From NCBI GenBank assembly GCA_030141605.1, contig JAQGDQ010000378.1:1-64000 (forward strand): a stretch of 64,000 nt of DNA. The letters run 5' to 3'. Under the pieces are notes generated by a model, which did not search any database, had not been told where the DNA came from, and saw only the letters and a list, made by a program, of their open reading frames with translations. A program made the position numbers and the translations under genes. This DNA is from Tubiluchus corallicola (taxonomy: Eukaryota; Animalia; Priapulida). Every line of letters begins with the position of its first letter. The first letter of the stretch is position 1. Shown one piece after another: positions 57,439-64,000 of the stretch.

Positions 57439-57764
57439 TGTAACGCTGAGCGGAAGGTGCTTATACGTAAGTCACGGCGTAGTTGTGAAGAAAACGTAAA
57501 AAAATCATTAATAAAAGTGAAATTATAGAATTAAGTAACTCGACAAATATCTAATCCAATGTGGTCCATGCTGGTTATCACTACGGAGCAGGTGCTGAGA
57601 TGGAAAACGCAACTGCCCGCCAGCTCACAGAACCGATGAAGCCGTTCCATAGCGACGATTTTATACCAGGTGCTCAACGACACAATGCAATGGCTTCGTA
57701 TGGACGAGACCAGCACAATGTAGAGGAGTGGGTCGAAAATAAATGGCATTCCGCCCCTGTAACA
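57439..57764. mobile_element. Solo-LTR-like element, inverted copy
   Basis: TGTAACG...TGTAACA; reverse complement of 52933-53259; contains AATAAA. No clear TSD. Confidence 0.6.
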
Positions 57765-58249
57765 ATTATAAGAAGACTGTTTCTTCGTTAACATACGTGT
57801 TTATTATGTTCTCCAAGATAGTTCCTGATATTTTTTCGGGTGTATACTTCAGGTCCTAACGAAACACCGCAAAGAAGCCACATCAGGCGGGTCGGGGGCT
57901 ACTACGCAGCCGCTTTTCTCGCCTATACGTCATCTACTAATGACTGCAACTGTCTTTAGATTGTTAATTCACATTAAAAGTTCTCACTCGACGGGACAAA
58001 AGCTGTCACAGCGTCGTGTGAAATGCGCCATTAGGAAGCGTAGTTTATTACGATGTGCAGTTTATTACTCTCAGACTGTCAAATGTTATAAGTTATTACG
58101 CTATAGCGTGTGCTTGTTTATCAAGGCAGGATAACAGAGTCTACATAATGATAAAAACCACAAACAATGGCCATTCTCCCATTGAACTTATACTTATATG
58201 TTTCAAATTTCAAGTTTATTTATTTATTACATACTGAATATAAACATTA

Positions 58250-58251
<2 letters not shown>

Positions 58252-58345
<94 letters not shown>

Positions 58346-58346
58346 A
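58252..58346. repeat. (TCA)n microsatellite
   Basis: About 31 perfect units. Confidence 0.98.
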
Positions 58347-58906
58347 CGCCCGTCACGTCTATAGTAGACATTGGGCAGGCAGAATTCTAAAATAAAAGAA
58401 ATCTGCCTTCAGACAGGTAAACTTACTGATAACAAATTAGACAGAGAAAACCTTGGCATGACGATACCGCCGCATTTCGCCTAGGCTACCTCGGAAAAAA
58501 GGAGAAACAAAAGTTAAATGGGTTGACGATAAAAAGGGGAGCAGGAAACGCGGGATGGTGATGGAAAGGCAAAGGATAATTGATGTGTTAAGCAGATGTT
58601 ACACGGACAAAGATACACCCAATTGCTAATAGAATTTTTAATTATCAATGCAAAACAATGTGCTACACTACGTCCCATGCAAATCACGTACGTAGCAGTT
58701 TGTTTGACATACATTACATACATTGATGTACATTTTAATGCAATGCAGCTTGCAGTATCTTTTTAAGGTTCTGAGTTTTGTGTAAGTTGACATACAAATC
58801 AGAATAAGTGAAATTTTCATTTTTTAGTACTTTAGTTTATCTACAAAGTTATATGTTTCTCTGCTTAGCAGAAAATGATCATAGATGGACTTGTTACTTA
58901 CCTTAA

Positions 58907-59501
58907 AGCAAAACCAGGCCCAGTCTTGAACTGTAGGTCAAAACAATCTACTCTTTAAACAGTAGAAGGAAACATACTATTTTTTCAAAAATGGCTTACG
59001 TGAAAGAATTACTAATTACAATTTCGCGTTCGTGCCACTAGTTCTTCGCTGTTACATTTCGCCATTCGCTAGTTAGAAGGGCATTAGCGTCGGCATTTCG
59101 AAAACGCATTGCACAAGAAACAGGCGCTGTACCTCTCAGTTCAGATGTGTTTATGACGAACTACACACTATCAACAGCTCATGCGTGAGCACAGTGGTAA
59201 ATTTGAAATTCGAAATTTATCTTAAAACTTGCCTAGTTTTAGTACAACATACTGTATATCTTACAGTAGCACTGTACTTTAATTTTCGCTGTCACAAACA
59301 AGTGGAATACGCTCGTGGAATATTTTTGCTGTTGAAAACAGTTCGTGATGTCATGAATAGTTGGGTTCACCCGCCATTAATTAAGATTTTAATCTATTAT
59401 TTAATTATCAGAAACGCTTTTGCAATATTAACTGTGTTAAAAAGTATACTTTTATCGGACTTGAAAATGGGGCAGTATATGAAAAATCATCCTGTCTTGC
59501 C
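58907..59501 (-). mobile_element. TTAA-flanked non-autonomous element (Kolobok-like), copy 2
   Basis: TTAA|AGCAAAACCAGG ... ATCCTGTCTTGCC|TTGA; reverse complement of 9413-10020. Confidence 0.8.
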
Positions 59502-61431
59502 TTGAGCTCATCTTCACACCATTAAAAATCAGCCAAAATTATTTTGTAAATTTTTACCAGAGCAGTGTCAGAATCTAACTGCCTGTCAATGGTCTCAAAC
59601 GCTAGAGCTGTCTCAGGCACCTTTGAAATTCATAAACAGGCTATATTTGACTGACAAAACCTCCAGAAGCAGTTTCCCCAGGTCACCCATTCATTTCTTA
59701 ACCAGGCTTGGAGCCGCTTAGGCCCTACAACCGTATGGTTAAGCATGTACTGCGAGCTCGACATTCGCCTATTTCCCTCGCCAGAAAGCAATGATTTTAT
59801 TTATTCGTTTATTGTGTATGTACCTATTGGTACTTGTTGGTTATGTACATTAGTGATTGTCAAAAACTGCGTGTTCTTAATGTGCGCACAGTTAACTGCA
59901 GACATAATGAAAATTTTTATAAATTTGAACTACGACGGCACATTTTGCTTGAAAAAAGTCAAAATGTAGAAATGCGCAATTTTTGGTCGAGGATAATTTG
60001 ATTTTTGTGGGGATGACCCATTGAAAAAAAGCCAAAGACATTTAGCCTCATAGTTAAATCTTTCCAGTATCTAATAATAGCATCTGTTTCTGTAATTTGC
60101 TAACTTAATAACGGGCTTAATATGGGGCTTTGCTCGAAGTTACTAATGCCTGACTTCGCTAGCATAGTCTTATTAAGTGGACCTGATAAATTTAATTAAA
60201 TTCTAAATTAAATTCTAATTAAATTTCTAACAGCGTCAATAATCGACCTTTCCAGATCACGTGGGAGTTGTTGGAAATGTCAGTAATGCCTGGCATAGTT
60301 AGCACAGTCTTTATGTTATTAAGTGGACTTCTTAAATTAACAGTTTACATAGTCTAGCCTTTTTCGCAGCTCATCATGACAGCAGTTTCCTTAGCTGCTC
60401 TCAGTCAATCAGTTATGGTTGTAAACGCTGTTGGGGGGGGGGGGGTACATTTCAAGTGCTATAAATGTGGCCTTGTGTTTTCGATTACAGCTAGACCACC
60501 AAGCGTAATAAATTGATTTTTTCCGCAGGTAAAAATAAAAAAACTTTTATAAAGTAACATACTGACTGACATTGCACCAGTTGGTGATATTAGGCTTGAA
60601 TGCACAAAAATAGCGTATTACTTCTATATCTCAGCCTATTTGTTACGATGAGAATAGCTCAGTTGCCAGCATGTGTTAAGAGCAACCAAAGTTAAACAAC
60701 AGTGGATGAACAGTGCAGGCACTAATTATTTCTTCTTCCTGTTTCCTTCTGTCTAGACTGTCTTACTATTTCAGCTGTTTCTATCGAAAAATCTAATTGT
60801 AAAAACACACCTTTGCCGATTAAGAGTCTCCCCTTACTAATTTTCCTTGGTAATAGAGTTTCCTCTTACCAGATTTTCATTGATAATAATATCATAGGCC
60901 TGCCATGTTCTGAGCTTGCCACAATCATTAAGCCAGCATTAACTAGTTCCGGCCTTTGAGGGCTGAATCCCAGCATCTGCTATGCAAACTATTCAAAAAT
61001 AAGTTTTAATAACAACCTTTTATGTTGCTTAGTTTATTCCTTTCAAAAAAACGTACTCCGAAAACGATTAATAATAATTATGTTTACCAGGCTTACTCCT
61101 AATTATGCAGGATAGGTGTGAAAATTGCTGCGTTGCGCCATCTCTTGAGCACTGTCTAAAGTAGAATTGAATAAGGGTTCGCTGCTGAAATCGAGCAACC
61201 CGCAAGTGACATTGCTTGACCAATCCTAATCTTCGCGTTTCTGGAAAGAAGAAACATTTTTTTGAAGGCATGTTTCGTGTTTTTTTTATTTTAACATCAC
61301 CTTTAATTTACAGACAGCATTGCAAGCAAAATGTGTAACATTCAGATCAGCTTTGTTGTTTGAAGGGATTATACTAAATGAAGTATTATTTCCACATTCT
61401 TGTCATTGTTATTAAAAATTTTACGAATTAC

Positions 61432-61444
61432 GATGATGGTGATA

Positions 61445-61492
<48 letters not shown>
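61432..61492. repeat. (GAT)n microsatellite
   Basis: Directly visible. Confidence 0.95.
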
Positions 61493-61607
61493 CAGGATGT
61501 AACGTATTTGTTTACTAAAGGATAGAAAAACAACGAGGATTAGTACCGGATAATCAAATTTTATTACATCAAAGCATTGTTAATTCAATATAGAATCTAA
61601 ATTATTA

Positions 61608-61920
61608 AGCCTGTTTACACTATGGAGAAGACTATGGGGTGCATCCCGAATCTACTAAACTGCTTCCAGACACTTTAACGACTTTGTCCACTGAAGCTCT
61701 TGTTTAGATTGCACGTAGATTTAGGAAACAATTTGTGGACTTAATGTGGACTTATTAGAAACACGCTGTCAGCGCCTCAGAGTGCAATAAATAGTGGTCG
61801 GACAACACTGTTCCAGTTTATCTTAGCGAAAATAAGTATAATTTCTAAATTTTTGTTTCCTGTTTGCATAATTTTGCTGACTATATTATGAGAGTAATTT
61901 CTGCCTAGTGTAAACGGAAT
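61608..61920. mobile_element. PIF/Harbinger-like MITE
   Basis: TTA|AGCCTGTTTACACTA ... TAGTGTAAACGGAAT|TTA: short imperfect TIR with a 3-bp TTA duplication. Confidence 0.65.
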
Positions 61921-61999
61921 TTATCATTTTCCTCGATTAGTGTAAAAGCTTCCTGCATCTTACGGATCCTGTAATCTTGAGAGGCATGATCAGAACATG

Positions 62000-62395
62000 C
62001 CAAACTGAATTGTCTGGAAGTTTATGAAGCTCCATTCTTTTTAAGGCCACACACCTTATCCACGCACACAACTACACCATGCCAACAATCTTGCAGAACA
62101 CATTTGGGCGATCCTCAAAGACAGAGTGGAGCTTGAGGTAATCCAAGCACTTATCATAAGTCAGTATCCAAGGACAGACTTACAAGACGACTGTAAGAGG
62201 TATTGGAGGATCTTAAGTCTGACACAGATCTCTTCGAGCTTCCAATCATACCTATCAAGACTGCAGGGTATGTGAGGCGTACGAGGTTTCTGCACTAAAA
62301 TTAATATTTGCGACATGATAGACTCAGCATTGGTAGACTAATATTTTGATATAATAATCTCTTCTGTGTGGTTGCTGGTTATTTTTGAATGCACT
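62000..62395 (+). mobile_element. Tc1-like transposase C-terminal relic
   Basis: NLAEHIWAILKDRVE (cf. NPIENxWxxLKxxV) and SYLSRLQGM*GVRGFCTKI* (cf. SMPxRLxAVIxxxGxxTKY*). Confidence 0.6.
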
Positions 62396-64000
62396 TATCA
62401 AGAGGTTACGTTACACCTCACAGCGAAGTGGAGATAATGATGAGGACATGTGACACCTTATCTCACCAAGCACCATACTCTTGCTTTTGGGCTTTTCGTG
62501 AGGGCTAACAGGTGAGTTAAAATTATGCAATTTTTTCTATATTTTAGTTTTTGAAGTGAAACTTTGACATCTACCATAGGTTATTTCTGCACTCTAAATT
62601 TAACTTTCTCCTCCAAAGAACGAATTTAATTTCAACCGATTTGTTATACTTTCTTTTATGGACATGTAAAGAATGGTATTACGTTAAACAGCGGACATAC
62701 TAAGTTCTTCTATGTTATCAACTTTCATGGATTAAAAGTCAGTAAGATATTTAGGGTCTGCAGGTACTACGTAAGCTTTGCGAATAATGAGAGTCGTGCG
62801 AATACCAGAAAATCGAATCTTTGACGTCACCATTTCTTGTGTACCTACGCATAAACCATTGAAGCTCTGAAAACTGCATCCTGCTTTACTTGTCCGAGAT
62901 TATTGATTGGTAAGTATCTAGTTATTTGCAACTATCTTTAAATTTATAGAGTACTTTACTGTGTAATGTTAACTTGTGTAAGGTTTAGAACCAAAAGTGC
63001 GACTTTTATTTTAAACTTTTACCAGTCGTTGGCCACTCCTATAATAGTCCCATTGGTTTTGCCTGAATATTGGATTATGCCTGTCTTAACTTTGCTCAAC
63101 GTTTTCACTGTAGACCTCTCACAAAATATGTAACCTTTCTGAGGTTGAACATATGCTCGGTTTCTACGGAAAATTGAAGTCATAATATCTCTTCCAAGAT
63201 CTCATTGATTACGAACAAAACCTGTTTACTACTTACTACTAGATAATTATAGTATATACTATTACTAGTAGTAGTACTACACTGACAAATTTTGTTGTAA
63301 TTTTATTTATTAAGTATTTCGCGAGGCTGCTTTTAATGAGTTTTGTATTGATAGAATAGTGGTGGTCGCTTTAAAAATTTATGCTGATGCCTGTTATTAT
63401 TGTCATTGCAATTATCAAAATTGATTATCAGTTCAATTTCGTTTATTTCTCAGATATGTTACAAACACATTGGCAAGCGTACAAAAAGTACTGAAAACTA
63501 AAACAACGATATCTACTAAAATTATGTATGGTACTAATTAATGTTTACAAATATTTGTCGTTGTCAATTTTTTGTCATGTTTGAAAATGCATTCTTATTT
63601 CTCTCTAAGTTTGTTTCTGCAGTCAGTGTAAAATTGTATAGTTCTATAGGTTACCATATATATATAATATATAAATCAATATATAAATCTTGGGAAGATC
63701 ATGTTCAGCAGTTTTAGCATTAAGAGAGCATAGTAGCCAGCATTTATTTTATTGCTTCATAGATCTGTCTTCTACGTAGGCAAATGTCAAATGGATAGCA
63801 CCCATTTTATACATTCTTGTTTGTTGTATATTTGTACCATTGTTTGTCCGCGACGATTTATTGATTTTACTTTTTACCTATAATAACATAAGTCATCCTG
63901 TTGTTGGGTTGGTGTTTGTAAACTTTAAATACAGTCAAACTTCATTATAACGCCAGGTCTATGACACCACTAAATGAGGCATTGTAGCGGGGTTGGTGGT

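Overview
This window is AT-rich animal (metazoan) genomic DNA, not prokaryotic. The repeat types (L2 and RTE-X-like LINE tails, tRNA-derived SINEs, Tc1/mariner relics, many MITEs) fit an invertebrate, possibly a lophotrochozoan (inference). Most listed ORFs are microsatellite, low-complexity or transposon-derived. The best-supported gene is a large-intron, minus-strand gene: a candidate non-coding first exon and promoter near 48.4-49.2 kb, an ATG-bearing coding exon at 36971-36557, and a 63-nt exon at 21154-21092. The protein is an unidentified N-terminal region with an IKTE SUMO-type motif, possibly from a transcription factor. The most notable structures are a near-identical 1.38-kb tandem duplication that copies the 3' part of the first coding exon with its splice donor, and two donors 4 nt apart that each lead into an open frame of the next exon. 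I see no sequence support for a novel multi-gene system, CRISPR array, or intact transposase or reverse transcriptase. All calls were made by eye, without database searches.
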